A DNA stretch of 64,000 nucleotides from NCBI GenBank assembly GCA_964565925.1, contig CAZMGV010000006.1, positions 128,997 through 192,996 of the forward strand, written 5' to 3'. A model generated the notes under the pieces. The model had not been told where the DNA came from, did not search any database, and saw nothing but the letters and a program-made list of their open reading frames with translations. A program made the translations under genes and the position numbers. The first letter of the stretch is position 1. Every line of letters starts with the position of its first letter. This document shows positions 18,031-27,750 of the stretch, piece by piece. Source of the DNA: an uncultured bacterium (GTDB lineage Bacteria > JAGRBM01 > JAHCIT01).

Positions 18031-19044
18031 ATGCCGAACAAGACGGTTCTGGTGACGGGCGCCAGCGGGTTCATCGGGAGCCATCTCACGGAGCAGCTTC
18101 TGGAGAAGGGCCACGAGGTGCGCACGATCGTGCGCCGGCCGGAGACGCTGGGCCGGTATTCGTTCTCGAAGCACCCCAACTTCCGGGCGTTCACGGGCGA
18201 CCTGCTGGACCCGGCGACCTTCCAGGCGGCCTGCGAGGGCGTGGAGCAGGTGTACCATCTGGCCGGGATCATCTCGACGAAAAACGGCGAACGCCGGAAG
18301 CTGTTCGATATGAACGTGAAGGGGACGGTCAACCTGTTTGGCACGCTCAAGCGCACGAAGCCCGGAAAGATCGTCTACCTCGCGTCGATTTTCGCGCTGG
18401 CTCAAGGCGAGAAAACCCGCCCGGCGACGGAGGAGAGTTTCTACAACCTGGAGGGGGTGCGGGTGGACTACTTCGACTCCAAGCGGGCGGCGCAGCTGGA
18501 GGTCGAGAAGTTCGAGATGGACGGCCTGCCGGTGACCTACGTGTACCCGGGTTTCTGCTACGGGCCTGGCGATATCTACGTCTCCAGCTCGGTGTTTATC
18601 CTCAGCTTTCTGCGCGGCGAGCTGCCGGTGCTGATGGAGGGCGGGCAGAACGTGCTCGACGTGCGGGACTGCGCGAAGGGGCTGATACTGGGGATGGAGA
18701 AGGGCCGCGTCGGGCAGAAGTATCTGATCGGCGACCACAACATCACCTTCAAGGAGCTGGCCGACACGCTCGCCAGAGTGACCGGCAAGAAGGCGCCGGG
18801 CGTGGTGCTCCCCCGGTTCGTGACGGTGGGCCTTGGCACGGTGGCCGAGCGGCTGATGCCGAAATTTCCGCTCAACCGCCAGTCGGCCGAGGCGGCCAGC
18901 CACTACTGGTACTACGACACCGGCAAGGCGCGCTCGGAGCTGGGCTACACGGGCCGCCCGCTGGAGGAAACCCTGCGGGACGCCGTGAGCTGGTTCAAGG
19001 CCAACGGCTACGACCGCCGCGGGTTCTATCCGCCGGTCCACTAG
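18031..19044 (+). CDS. NAD-dependent epimerase/dehydratase family protein (extended SDR)
   Basis: Starts at the internal Met with a Rossmann motif (VLVTGASGFIGSHL). YxxxK-type catalytic region. About 337 aa. Confidence 0.85.
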   Translation: MPNKTVLVTGASGFIGSHLTEQLLEKGHEVRTIVRRPETLGRYSFSKHPNFRAFTGDLLDPATFQAACEGVEQVYHLAGIISTKNGERRKLFDMNVKGTVNLFGTLKRTKPGKIVYLASIFALAQGEKTRPATEESFYNLEGVRVDYFDSKRAAQLEVEKFEMDGLPVTYVYPGFCYGPGDIYVSSSVFILSFLRGELPVLMEGGQNVLDVRDCAKGLILGMEKGRVGQKYLIGDHNITFKELADTLARVTGKKAPGVVLPRFVTVGLGTVAERLMPKFPLNRQSAEAASHYWYYDTGKARSELGYTGRPLEETLRDAVSWFKANGYDRRGFYPPVH

Positions 19045-19101
19045 GCGGTACATTGACGGTTCATTGAAACACGTTCGCAAAACCGGCCGGAGGCCGCTAG
19101 G

Positions 19102-20253
19102 ATGCGAACCGCTCCGATGCACGATATGTCCCGAACCATAGTCCACATAGACGACGACCCCGCGATCCTCGACCTGGTGTCGGCCTCCCTCTCGGAGCCG
19201 GGCAGCATCGAGGTGATCTCCGTGCGCGACGGCAACAAGGCGGTCGAGGTGATCGGCAGGCGCCGGCCCGACCTCATCCTGTGCGACATCGGCCTGCCGG
19301 AGCGGGACGGGTTCTCGGTGGTCGAGGAGCTGCGCCGCTGGCCCACTTCCATCGACGCGCCGGTGATTTTCGTCTCGGCGCTGGCGGACGAGGCGCAGAT
19401 CGACCGGGCGTTCGGAATAGGCGCGGCCGATTTCATCAAGAAGCCGTTCCGGCCGACGGAACTCAAAGCCCGGGTGCTGGCGAGACTCGGCGCCCACTCG
19501 GCGGCCAAATCCGCCGGCTCCGGCGCCCCGGGCAGCGCGGACGTGCGCGGCTCGCTGGCCATGATGAGCGTGGGGGACCTGTTCAACGCCGTGGAGCTGG
19601 GCCGCAAGAGCGGCGTGCTGAAACTCTCGGGCACGGAATCATCCGGTACGAAACTGGCCGGCGAGATCCGGTTCAAGGCCGGCCGGGTCGTGGCCGCCAG
19701 TTGCGACGGGATCACCAACGAGGCGGCCGCCTACCGCCTCGGCGTGCTGGCCGACGGCGATTTCGAGATGCGCTTCCTCCCCGAAAAAGAGGTGGAGGGC
19801 AAGCTGGACCTCTCGCCGCAGTTCCTGCTCATGGAGGCGTGCCGCCTGCAGGACGAAGGCACGCTGGTGCAGCCAAAGCCCCCGACGCCGTCCCATCCGC
19901 CGGCGTCTTCCGAACTGGCGCAGCTGCTCGCCCGGTTCGACGCCCTGATCGCCTACGCGCAGAAGACGTCGCACGCCTCGGTGGTCCGCAACTATCTGGA
20001 GGAGTCCCGGCGTATACTCCCGCGCCAGTGGCGGGAAAGCTGCCAGGTGGGCTCGGGCGACGGTTCGCTGGAGGGCACCCCGGTGATCATCATCCAGCCC
20101 GGCGCGCCCGGTTCCGAGAATCTCGTGCGGGCGTGGGTGAGCGAGTTCATCAAGCGCGGACAGTATTCAGAGCCCAAGGCCTACGGCCGCGAGGCGATCC
20201 TGGCCGCCGGGATTCTGGACGCCCCGTTTCTGGACAAGCTCGGTATCCGCTGA
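19102..20253 (+). CDS. Response regulator receiver protein with DUF4388 domain
   Basis: REC domain (IVHIDDDPAIL...LILCDIGLPERDG...FIKKPF) followed by a DUF4388-like segment (GSLAMMSVGDLFNAVELGRKSGVLKL). The start may be the downstream Met at 19126. Confidence 0.8.
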   Translation: MRTAPMHDMSRTIVHIDDDPAILDLVSASLSEPGSIEVISVRDGNKAVEVIGRRRPDLILCDIGLPERDGFSVVEELRRWPTSIDAPVIFVSALADEAQIDRAFGIGAADFIKKPFRPTELKARVLARLGAHSAAKSAGSGAPGSADVRGSLAMMSVGDLFNAVELGRKSGVLKLSGTESSGTKLAGEIRFKAGRVVAASCDGITNEAAAYRLGVLADGDFEMRFLPEKEVEGKLDLSPQFLLMEACRLQDEGTLVQPKPPTPSHPPASSELAQLLARFDALIAYAQKTSHASVVRNYLEESRRILPRQWRESCQVGSGDGSLEGTPVIIIQPGAPGSENLVRAWVSEFIKRGQYSEPKAYGREAILAAGILDAPFLDKLGIR

Positions 20254-20273
20254 ACTTTCGGTTGCGCCGGGGC

Positions 20274-20738
20274 CTAATGGCCCTTGCGGAGCCGCTCCCA
20301 GCCCGACCGGGCGCCGTGACGGGAGGCCGGATCGCAGGCCGGCGCGCTGAAAGCCCTCGCTTCCGCTTCGAAGTCGGCGCAGCTCCCGGTGCCGCAGTCG
20401 TAAAGATTCAGGCAGTCGGTGCCCTGCCGCTCGCACGCGATCCAGATGGAGCTGCCTTCGGGAAAAAGCTGGTCGACCGGAACGGGGTAGGACCGCCGGA
20501 TACCGATGAAGCTCCACGAGCCGAAGTCATGGGAGATCAGGTCCTTGCCGGGACGGATCAGACCGATGAGCTCGAACGACGACACCGGGACCTGCTCGAA
20601 CCGCTTCTCGAGCCGCGATTCGATCTCGTCGGCGTCGTCCATTTCGAGCCAGTAGCTGTAGCCAAGGTATCCGGCGCCGGTCAGCACGGCGCAGACCAGA
20701 GCGATCAGGGGCAGGGGGCTCCGGTCGCCGGAAGCCAT
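20274..20738 (-). CDS. Small membrane-anchored hypothetical protein
   Basis: 154-aa ORF with N-terminal TM helix and several Cys in the C-terminal domain. A 4-nt gap separates it from the upstream MshEN-domain gene on the same strand. Confidence 0.45.
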   Translation of the reverse strand: MASGDRSPLPLIALVCAVLTGAGYLGYSYWLEMDDADEIESRLEKRFEQVPVSSFELIGLIRPGKDLISHDFGSWSFIGIRRSYPVPVDQLFPEGSSIWIACERQGTDCLNLYDCGTGSCADFEAEARAFSAPACDPASRHGARSGWERLRKGH

Positions 20739-20742
20739 CCCG

Positions 20743-21750
20743 TCAGCCTTCCTCGAACGAGCGGGTCACCCGGGAGTTGATGACGCGGGCGTAGGCGGCG
20801 GGCAGTTTCTGGACCGCCAGCAGCACCGGTCCGATGTCGGCATCGATCGTCGCCATGGGTCCGGCGTCGGCATATAGGATGTTCACCACCCGGCCGCCCA
20901 CGTGCACCGGCACGAACAGCGAGTTGCCGCGCTGCTTGTAGAGCGCCTTGCGGACCAGGTCGTTGGCCGTGGAGCGCGGAATACTGCCCAGGTAGTGGCC
21001 CGGATGCTTGATGACGGAATCAAAGACGGATTCGCGGTTCAGCGTGATGGCGATGGCTTTCACGAGGTCCGGATCGATGCGGTCGCCGATCCCTTCCCAG
21101 CCGAAGACGATTTCCTTTTTGACGATAAAGAAAACCGCCCGGCCGATCTGCCTGGCCGCCTGCAGCACGATCGAATGGACGATCTCGTCCCGGTTCGCGG
21201 CCGTTTCGACGGTCGGCTCCGCACGCGGCACGCGGGGGAGCGTGCCGCCCGTTTCCATCTTGCTCCGGTGGGCCCGCGACGACCGGTCGATGTAGTCCAG
21301 TTCGGTTTCTTCGTGGCGCCAGTTGGGGAGCATGCCGCAGTACTGTTCGAGCAGCGCGGCCATGGTCAGTTCCGTGACCACATACGGCTTCACGATCAGT
21401 CCGGTGGAATAGGCGATCTCCGCCTTCACCACGTGCTCGCCGGGGTTCACCATCAGGAGCGCAAGGGTTTTGGATTCCACGCGGTAGGGGAACACTTTCG
21501 CGGAACGGCACCGTTCGTGACCTATTCTTTCGACCAGTTCCGGATCGATCGCCGCCCGGTCCACGTCGACCGTCGGCACGCCGAACTGTCTGGAGAGGCA
21601 GAGCGCCAGCTCTTCTTCGCGGAGCGCGCCGGTTTCGACAAGATTGGTACCCAGATGGCCGCCGTAGACCGCCTGGTGACGGATGGCTTCCTCGATCTGG
21701 TCGCGCGTGGCGAAACCGTTCTTGAGCAGTAACCGGGGCAAAAGCTCCAT
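20743..21750 (-). CDS. MshEN / T2SSE_N (GspE N-terminal) domain protein, putative c-di-GMP receptor
   Basis: N-terminal LPRLLLKNGFATRDQIEEAIRHQ and a second HLGTNLVETGALREEELALCLSRQ match the 24-residue MshEN-type motif. No ATPase domain is present. Confidence 0.7.
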   Translation of the reverse strand: MELLPRLLLKNGFATRDQIEEAIRHQAVYGGHLGTNLVETGALREEELALCLSRQFGVPTVDVDRAAIDPELVERIGHERCRSAKVFPYRVESKTLALLMVNPGEHVVKAEIAYSTGLIVKPYVVTELTMAALLEQYCGMLPNWRHEETELDYIDRSSRAHRSKMETGGTLPRVPRAEPTVETAANRDEIVHSIVLQAARQIGRAVFFIVKKEIVFGWEGIGDRIDPDLVKAIAITLNRESVFDSVIKHPGHYLGSIPRSTANDLVRKALYKQRGNSLFVPVHVGGRVVNILYADAGPMATIDADIGPVLLAVQKLPAAYARVINSRVTRSFEEG

Positions 21751-21824
21751 AGAACCGTTTTAATACAATATCTCGCGAAAGTTCACCATTTCCCGGCCGC
21801 TGTCCGTGCGTTAAAGTAGGCGTC

Positions 21825-22139
21825 ATGGCAATCGGTCCGGGAGATTTTCCGTCCAGAAACCGCGCCTGGGGGCTTTACGAATCGCCGCTGGGACGCCGGA
21901 TGCTGCGTTCCAGAAGGCTGATTCGCTCGCTCGAGCGCGATCTTCTGGACAGCGGCCGGACCTTCGGCTTCCGCGTTCTGGAAAATACCGGCAGAGGGGG
22001 GTTCGAGATCATCATCCGGCTCTCGTGCGAGCCCGAAACCTACCGCCGGACGACCTTTATCACCCGCGCGGAATACGGCTACCTGCTCGGAAACCCGGAT
22101 CTTGAACCTCTGCTCCGGGCCGGCTGCTATCTGATGTAG
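21825..22139 (+). CDS. Hypothetical protein (104 aa)
   Basis: ORF only. No motif recognised. Confidence 0.3.
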   Translation: MAIGPGDFPSRNRAWGLYESPLGRRMLRSRRLIRSLERDLLDSGRTFGFRVLENTGRGGFEIIIRLSCEPETYRRTTFITRAEYGYLLGNPDLEPLLRAGCYLM

Positions 22140-22154
22140 AGCCGGCTGAGACAG

Positions 22155-23342
22155 CTATTTCGCTGGAGAGCCGCCCTCGAAATGGGGCGGCGTCGTGATC
22201 TGAGGTCCGGCTCCGCCACCGCCGCCTTTGCCCTTGCCGGCGAAATCCCTGAACGTGATGTCGAAAGTGAGCTGGTTCGCCTTGCGGTCTATGTTCCGCT
22301 GATAGGAGAACGCGAGCGAGACGGCGGGATTCTCGAGACCGACGCCTGCGGTGATCAGATTGTCGCGGATCGTCGGTTCCCGGTAGGCGCCGCCCCGAAG
22401 CAGCAGTTCCTTGTAAGGCTCCACTTCGACGCCGATGACGAAACCGGCCGCCAGATCGCTCGAATGGGTCAGGTCCGTCACCACGCCGCCGGCGCCCCGC
22501 AGCCAGTCCATCGGGGCGATGCTGCCGGTGATCTCGACTTCCCGGCCGAGCCGGTCCGTGTTGGAACCGACGAGATTCCGGCCGACGATACCCGCCGACA
22601 GGTTCCACAGGTCCTTCATCGGCGCCAGATAGGCACCGAAGGTTCCGTCGACGACGTTCTGGCTTTTTCCTTCGGCCGGCAGGTCGGTGCGGAGCCAGTT
22701 GACGGCGGCGCCGACCATGATCGGGAGGTCCAGCAGGGGGAAATTATCGGACAGGGCGAATGTCAGGTAGCTGTATTTGGGCGGCCGGATGTTGTTTCCG
22801 ATAAATCCGAAGCCGGCGGCCGATTCCAGACTGTAGTAAAGTGCCACGCCGATGTCGGTCGACTGGGAATCGCTGAGGCCGAGGTTGTACTGGTCCGACT
22901 TGTCTGCATTGCGCTGGTAGCCGGCGGTGATCCCGAACATCGAGTTTTTGGACAGGGCGGCCGGATTGAGCCGGGCGAGGGCGGGATCGCTGAGGAGCGT
23001 CGAACCGGCACGGCCCATACCGGTATTGCGGGCGCTCGGTGTCAGATCGAACTTGGGCACACCCATGCCGCCCAGATATTCCCGTCCGGGCGACACGCAG
23101 ACGGTAGGGTCGGAGCCGTTCAGGCCGCAGGAAGAAGTGGACTGGGCATATACCGCTTCCGGTTTGCAGAGGCCCGCAATAATCAGGACCGCCGGTACAA
23201 GAACCGGCAGAAGCGGTCGGAACTGTCTGGTAAAAATGAAGGGCACGCCCGTGCGGGATCTCCGGTACGCAAAAAGCCCTCGACTGAACGCGGACAAGAT
23301 ACGGTTTCCGGCGCGCAGTTTCAATCGTTCGGCTTCCAGCAC
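22155..23342 (-). CDS. Putative outer-membrane beta-barrel protein
   Basis: Signal-peptide-like region (PLLPVLVPAVLIIAGLCKPEAVYAQS). Alternating-hydrophobic C-terminal strands and a Gly-rich tail. The true start is probably downstream of the annotated Met. Confidence 0.5.
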   Translation of the reverse strand: MLEAERLKLRAGNRILSAFSRGLFAYRRSRTGVPFIFTRQFRPLLPVLVPAVLIIAGLCKPEAVYAQSTSSCGLNGSDPTVCVSPGREYLGGMGVPKFDLTPSARNTGMGRAGSTLLSDPALARLNPAALSKNSMFGITAGYQRNADKSDQYNLGLSDSQSTDIGVALYYSLESAAGFGFIGNNIRPPKYSYLTFALSDNFPLLDLPIMVGAAVNWLRTDLPAEGKSQNVVDGTFGAYLAPMKDLWNLSAGIVGRNLVGSNTDRLGREVEITGSIAPMDWLRGAGGVVTDLTHSSDLAAGFVIGVEVEPYKELLLRGGAYREPTIRDNLITAGVGLENPAVSLAFSYQRNIDRKANQLTFDITFRDFAGKGKGGGGGAGPQITTPPHFEGGSPAK

Positions 23343-23446
23343 ACGGGAAGTTCATGCTATTAACCCTGCGTTCCCGGGTTCTTAATCTGGCAGGCCGGAA
23401 CCGACTCTGAACCACCGGCCGTTCAATCCCTGAACGAGGAGCGTCG

Positions 23447-24337
23447 TTGAGCAAGGTCCTGACAGCCGTCATTCCGGTGGCCGGTCTCGGTACGCGGTTT
23501 CTTCCGATTACCAAGGCAGTTCCCAAGGAGCTCCTTCCCGTCCTGAACCGGCCGACGCTGCACCTGATCTGCGATGAAATCTACGAAGCGGGCATCCGCA
23601 AGGTGATCCTCGTTTCCAGCCCGTCGAAGGGCGCCCTTGAGGATTACATCCGGCCGCACCGGGCATTGAAGGCGCATCTGAAAAAGGCCGGCAAGGACGA
23701 GCTTCTGCAGGGCTGGGTCCGCACACTCGGGAAACTCGAATTCCAGGTGGTTTACCAGCGCAGCCCCCGGGGACTTGGTCACGCGGTGCTGCAGGCGCGC
23801 AAGGCGGTCGGACGAAGCCCCTTCGCGCTGCTCCTCCCGGACGAAGTGTTTTTCACCGATCCCGGCCGCCCGGGTCCTCTCAAGACGCTCGTGAAAATTC
23901 ACGAACGAAAAGGCGCGCTCGCGACGATCGCCGTGAAGCCGGTTCCGCTCGAACATGCGAGCCGCTACGGCATGGTCGAACCTGCCGGCCGGGTTTCGCG
24001 CGGCAAACCGTTTGTGGTCCGGGGCATGGTGGAAAAGCCGCGGCCCGAGCAGGCGCCGAGCCGTCTGGCGATTATCGGCCGGTACGTGATCGATCCGGCG
24101 GTGTTCGAGCTGCTCGCCAGCGCCCGCCCGGGACCGGGACGTGAAATCCAGCTGACCGACGCGCTGGACCGTCTTTGCAGCAAAGGACCGGTCCTCGCGA
24201 CGGAGATTCCCGGAGAGCGGTTCGACACAGGTGTTCCGCTGGGGCTCGTGAAGGCGAATCTGTTTGCCGCCTGGCGGAACCCGGTGTACCGGAAAGAGAT
24301 CCGGTCCCTGATCGACGCTCTGGAGAGAGGAAACTGA
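23447..24337 (+). CDS. galU: UTP--glucose-1-phosphate uridylyltransferase
   Basis: AVIPVAGLGTRFLPITKAVPKELLPV N-terminal signature. 296 aa. Confidence 0.9.
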   Translation: MSKVLTAVIPVAGLGTRFLPITKAVPKELLPVLNRPTLHLICDEIYEAGIRKVILVSSPSKGALEDYIRPHRALKAHLKKAGKDELLQGWVRTLGKLEFQVVYQRSPRGLGHAVLQARKAVGRSPFALLLPDEVFFTDPGRPGPLKTLVKIHERKGALATIAVKPVPLEHASRYGMVEPAGRVSRGKPFVVRGMVEKPRPEQAPSRLAIIGRYVIDPAVFELLASARPGPGREIQLTDALDRLCSKGPVLATEIPGERFDTGVPLGLVKANLFAAWRNPVYRKEIRSLIDALERGN

Positions 24338-25377
24338 TGGCTCGTACCGAAGCTCCGGCCGCCGACCAGGTGATGAAGGAGATCGAAGCCGGAAAAATCC
24401 GGCCGGTCTACTATCTGGCGCCGCTGGGCTGGGGCGATCCGGTCACGGAGCCATATTTCGTCACGGAACTCCTGAAAGCGTTCCGCGAATCCACGGTAGC
24501 GGCCACCGCCGACTTCAACCTGGACCGGTTCGATGCGTCCAGCTGCGAACCGTCCCAGATCACCATCGCCGCCGAGACCTTCCCGATGATGGCAAAATAC
24601 CGGCTGGTGATCGTCCGCAACGCCTCGTCGCTCGATAACGAACGGGGCCATGAGGTGATGCTCCGGTATCTGGAGAAACCGGCCAGTACCTGCGTGCTGG
24701 TTATGGAAGGCGACAAGCCCGACGGCCGGAAGAAACTCGCCAAGGCGCTGCAGGAGATGGGCGCCTATGTGGACGTGTCCCGTCCGAAGGAAGAGGGCCT
24801 GTCCTACTGGATCCGCCGCTTCGCGCGTCTTCGGGGCCGCTCGGTGTCGGACGGCGCGGCGGAACTGTTTATCGAACGGATCGGCGCGGACATTACGGCG
24901 CTCGATCAGGCGATCGAGGTCGCGGCGCTCGTGGACCCGGATTCCAAGGAGATCAGTGAAGAAACCGCCGCCAGGGTGATCGCCAGCACCCGGGGTTTTA
25001 CGGCGTTCGATCTGTTCGATGCCATCACGAACCGGGATCTCCCGGCCGTCTACGGTATTCTGGAGAAACTGTCCGAGAGCGGCGAACGGGAATATCCGAT
25101 GCTGCTCGGCGGGCTTCACTGGAGTTTCCGGCAGATGCGCCGGATGGACGAGATGCGGTCGCACGGGATGTCGGGCGATGACATCTGCCGGGCGCTCAAG
25201 ATCAACTTCCGGCGGGACGAGAAAATCCGGGCGGCGGCGCGCTGGAAAGGCGCCGGCTGGGACCGGTTCGCCGAACGGTTCTACGAACTGGACCGCCAGC
25301 TGAAGGGGGCGCCGGTGGACCGGCGCCTGGCGATGGAGCGCCTGCTCGTGGAGCTGACGTCGCGCAAGGCTTCCTGA
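24337..25377 (+). CDS. holA: DNA polymerase III subunit delta
   Basis: 346 aa starting at an ATG that overlaps the galU stop (TGATG). HolA-like N-terminus (IRPVYYL...), followed by rpsT as in many bacteria. Confidence 0.75.
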   Translation: MARTEAPAADQVMKEIEAGKIRPVYYLAPLGWGDPVTEPYFVTELLKAFRESTVAATADFNLDRFDASSCEPSQITIAAETFPMMAKYRLVIVRNASSLDNERGHEVMLRYLEKPASTCVLVMEGDKPDGRKKLAKALQEMGAYVDVSRPKEEGLSYWIRRFARLRGRSVSDGAAELFIERIGADITALDQAIEVAALVDPDSKEISEETAARVIASTRGFTAFDLFDAITNRDLPAVYGILEKLSESGEREYPMLLGGLHWSFRQMRRMDEMRSHGMSGDDICRALKINFRRDEKIRAAARWKGAGWDRFAERFYELDRQLKGAPVDRRLAMERLLVELTSRKAS

Positions 25378-25411
25378 CCTATCTACCTACAGGAAAAACA
25401 AACGAAAAAGG

Positions 25412-25430
25412 GCGGCTCGTGGCCGCCCCT
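25412..25430. terminator. Hairpin between convergent holA and rpsT (GGGCGGCTCGTGGCCGCCC)
   Basis: Perfect 7-bp stem with a 5-nt loop between the two convergent genes. Confidence 0.45.
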
Positions 25431-25455
25431 GATCTTCAGAATCGCCCTGAACGGT

Positions 25456-25731
25456 TCAGGCGGACTTGGGTTTCGCCTTGTGCGCGGAGACGGCCTTCGT
25501 CAGGCGGCTGATCCGGCGGGCGGCGTTGTTCCGGTGGAGAACGCTCTTCGACTTGGAGCGGTCCAGATAGGAGACGGCCTGCTTGTAGAGATCGTCGAGT
25601 TTCGGATCGTTGTTCTGCATGGCCTCGCGGACGTTGCGAACCAGGGTGCGCCAGGTGGAAGTGACCTTGCGGTTCACTTCATGACGGCGGCTTTCCTGAC
25701 GGGCGCGTTTGGCAGCGGACAGTTTCGGCAC
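25456..25731 (-). CDS. rpsT: 30S ribosomal protein S20
   Basis: 91-aa basic protein MPKLSAAKRARQESRRHEVNRK..., typical of S20. Confidence 0.95.
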   Translation of the reverse strand: MPKLSAAKRARQESRRHEVNRKVTSTWRTLVRNVREAMQNNDPKLDDLYKQAVSYLDRSKSKSVLHRNNAARRISRLTKAVSAHKAKPKSA

Positions 25732-25931
25732 GGGGTGTCTCCTTCAGAGTTCCATTTATCAGGACCGGACCGCCACCACACGGCTCCCGGTCTATAAGGG
25801 CCAACCGTGTATACCTTTAGACAGGGGGCGTCAAGGGCGGGAATTCCGGTCGCTTAATTGTCCGGTTTGAACCCGGTTCAGATGCCCTGTTGACGCGGTA
25901 GGACAGTTTGGGTAGCGTCGCCGCGCAAAGT

Positions 25932-25953
25932 GATTGACCGTTCAGTCAATCGC
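25932..25953. promoter_or_regulatory. Perfect 7-6-7 palindrome GATTGAC-CGTTCA-GTCAATC upstream of SCP2 gene
   Basis: Seen directly in the sequence about 85 bp upstream of the 26036 start. Candidate operator. Confidence 0.35.
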
Positions 25954-26035
25954 GGGAACACTGGAAGGCTATCCGACGGCATGGGGCCCGGGAGTCTATC
26001 TGGAACAGACCAACAGAGAAGCGGGAGAGACCCAC

Positions 26036-26380
26036 ATGCCGAAGTTCGATAACTGCAAAGACATTTTCGCGTTCATTGGAAAGAACCTGGCTCCGAACGC
26101 CGAGACCGCCAAGGCCAACGTCGGCGGCATCTTCAAGTTCGTGGTCACGGGCGGCAAGGGCGGCACCTGGCTGGTGAACTGCAAGGACAACGTGGGCGTG
26201 ACCGAAGCCGACGGCGAAGCCGACTGCACGATCACGGTTGACGACGAGACGTTCCTCGCCATCAACAACCGCGAGATGGACGGCCAGATGGCATTCATGA
26301 GCGGCAAGCTCATGGTGTCGGGCGACATGTCGTTCGCGTTCAAGCTCGGACAGGTGCTGGGCGGCGGCGGCGGAAACTGA
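26036..26380 (+). CDS. SCP-2 sterol-transfer family protein
   Basis: 115-aa product with strong RBS GGAGAG. SCP2-like pattern (FKFVVTGGKGGTWLVNCKDN...AFMSGKLMVSGDMSFAFKLGQVLG). Confidence 0.8.
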   Translation: MPKFDNCKDIFAFIGKNLAPNAETAKANVGGIFKFVVTGGKGGTWLVNCKDNVGVTEADGEADCTITVDDETFLAINNREMDGQMAFMSGKLMVSGDMSFAFKLGQVLGGGGGN

Positions 26381-26525
26381 TTCCGCTCGCGGCGCCGGCA
26401 CTGTTTAGTGGCGTCATGAAATAACAGCGGGCCGGGCTCCTTAACCAAGGAACCCGGCCCGTTTCTTCTTCACCGCATCCGGTCTGTTTTCGGGCTGTTT
26501 GGCAGTCCGTTCAGGAGTATTCGCC

Positions 26526-27710
26526 ATGGCTTCACCCCTCGATGGTATCAAGGTCCTCGATCTTTCCCGTCTGCTGCCGGGCCCTTTCTGCTCGCAGCTG
26601 CTCGCCGATCTGGGCGCCCGGGTCGTGAAAGTGGAGGACACCCAGGGCGGCGACTACGCCCGTGCCGGCGGTCCGGCCGTCGACGGACAGAGCGCCTTCT
26701 ATGTGGCGATCAACCGGAACAAGGAATCGATCAAGCTCAATCTGAAGAAACCGGAAGGCGTCCAGGCGCTGCTCAGGCTGGTTCCGCAGTTCGATGTCAT
26801 TCTGGATACATTCCGTCCGGGCGTCGTCGAGAAACTGGGCGTGGGTTACGAGGTCTGCAGGAAGATCAATCCGAAAATCGTCTACTGCGCCATCACGGGT
26901 TACGGACAGGACGGTCCGTACTCCCAGCGTGCCGGACACGACAACAACTATCTGGCGCTTGCCGGAGTGGGCGGGCTGACCGGAGAACCGGGCCGCCGGC
27001 CCGTGCTCGCGGGGTTCCAGCTGGCGGATCTGGGCGGCGGTGCGCTGTTCGGACTGTCGGCCATTCTCGCCGGCCTGTTTCAGGCACAGCGAACGGGCCA
27101 GGGTACCTATTGCGACGTCTCCATGCACGACGGTTCGTTCGCGTTTCTGGCGCCGCATCTCGCCGGTTTCATCCAGCAGCCCGGCGAACCGCCCAGGCCT
27201 TCCACGATGATGCTCTCGGGAGCGATCGTCTGTTACAACATTTACGAAACCAAAGACGGCAAATACATGTCCGTGGGGGCGCTGGAGCCCAAGTTCTGGC
27301 AGGCGTTCTCGCAGGCCTGCGGCCGTCCCGATATCCTGCCGTTCGCCTTCCAGAAGGCGGCCGACGGAGAGAAAGCCTACGAAGCGACCAAGGAGCTGTT
27401 CCGGTCGAAGACCCAGGCCGAATGGATCGAACTGCTCAAGACGGCCGACTGCTGCGTGGAACCGATCTGGGATTTCGCGCAGACGCTGAAGGACCCTCAG
27501 CTGGAAGCCCGCAAGATGTGGATCACCATCCAGAATCGGAAGGGCGAAACGGTCAAGCTGCCCAACACGCCGTTCCGGTTCAGCACCCAGCAGAAGAAAA
27601 CCTCCGACAAGGCGCCGCCCCAGTATGGCGAACATACCCAGCCGGTGCTCAGGGAGTTCGGCTTCTCGGACGACGATCTGGCGAAACTGAAATCCAGCGG
27701 TGCGATCTGA
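26526..27710 (+). CDS. CoA-transferase family III (CaiB/BaiF; alpha-methylacyl-CoA racemase-like)
   Basis: LDGIKVLDLSRLLPGPFCSQLLADLGA N-terminus and family III architecture. AGGAG RBS. Confidence 0.9.
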   Translation: MASPLDGIKVLDLSRLLPGPFCSQLLADLGARVVKVEDTQGGDYARAGGPAVDGQSAFYVAINRNKESIKLNLKKPEGVQALLRLVPQFDVILDTFRPGVVEKLGVGYEVCRKINPKIVYCAITGYGQDGPYSQRAGHDNNYLALAGVGGLTGEPGRRPVLAGFQLADLGGGALFGLSAILAGLFQAQRTGQGTYCDVSMHDGSFAFLAPHLAGFIQQPGEPPRPSTMMLSGAIVCYNIYETKDGKYMSVGALEPKFWQAFSQACGRPDILPFAFQKAADGEKAYEATKELFRSKTQAEWIELLKTADCCVEPIWDFAQTLKDPQLEARKMWITIQNRKGETVKLPNTPFRFSTQQKKTSDKAPPQYGEHTQPVLREFGFSDDDLAKLKSSGAI

Positions 27711-27750
27711 CCTGACAATGGCCTGAAGCTCTGGCTAAGGTGGGGAATAC

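Noticed and set aside
17487-19067. 526-aa ORF spanning the epimerase gene in a different frame
   Set aside because: The epimerase frame shows a Rossmann motif and SDR features from 18031. This frame gives low-complexity G/R/P-rich sequence. Only its noncoding-like 5' part is discussed above.
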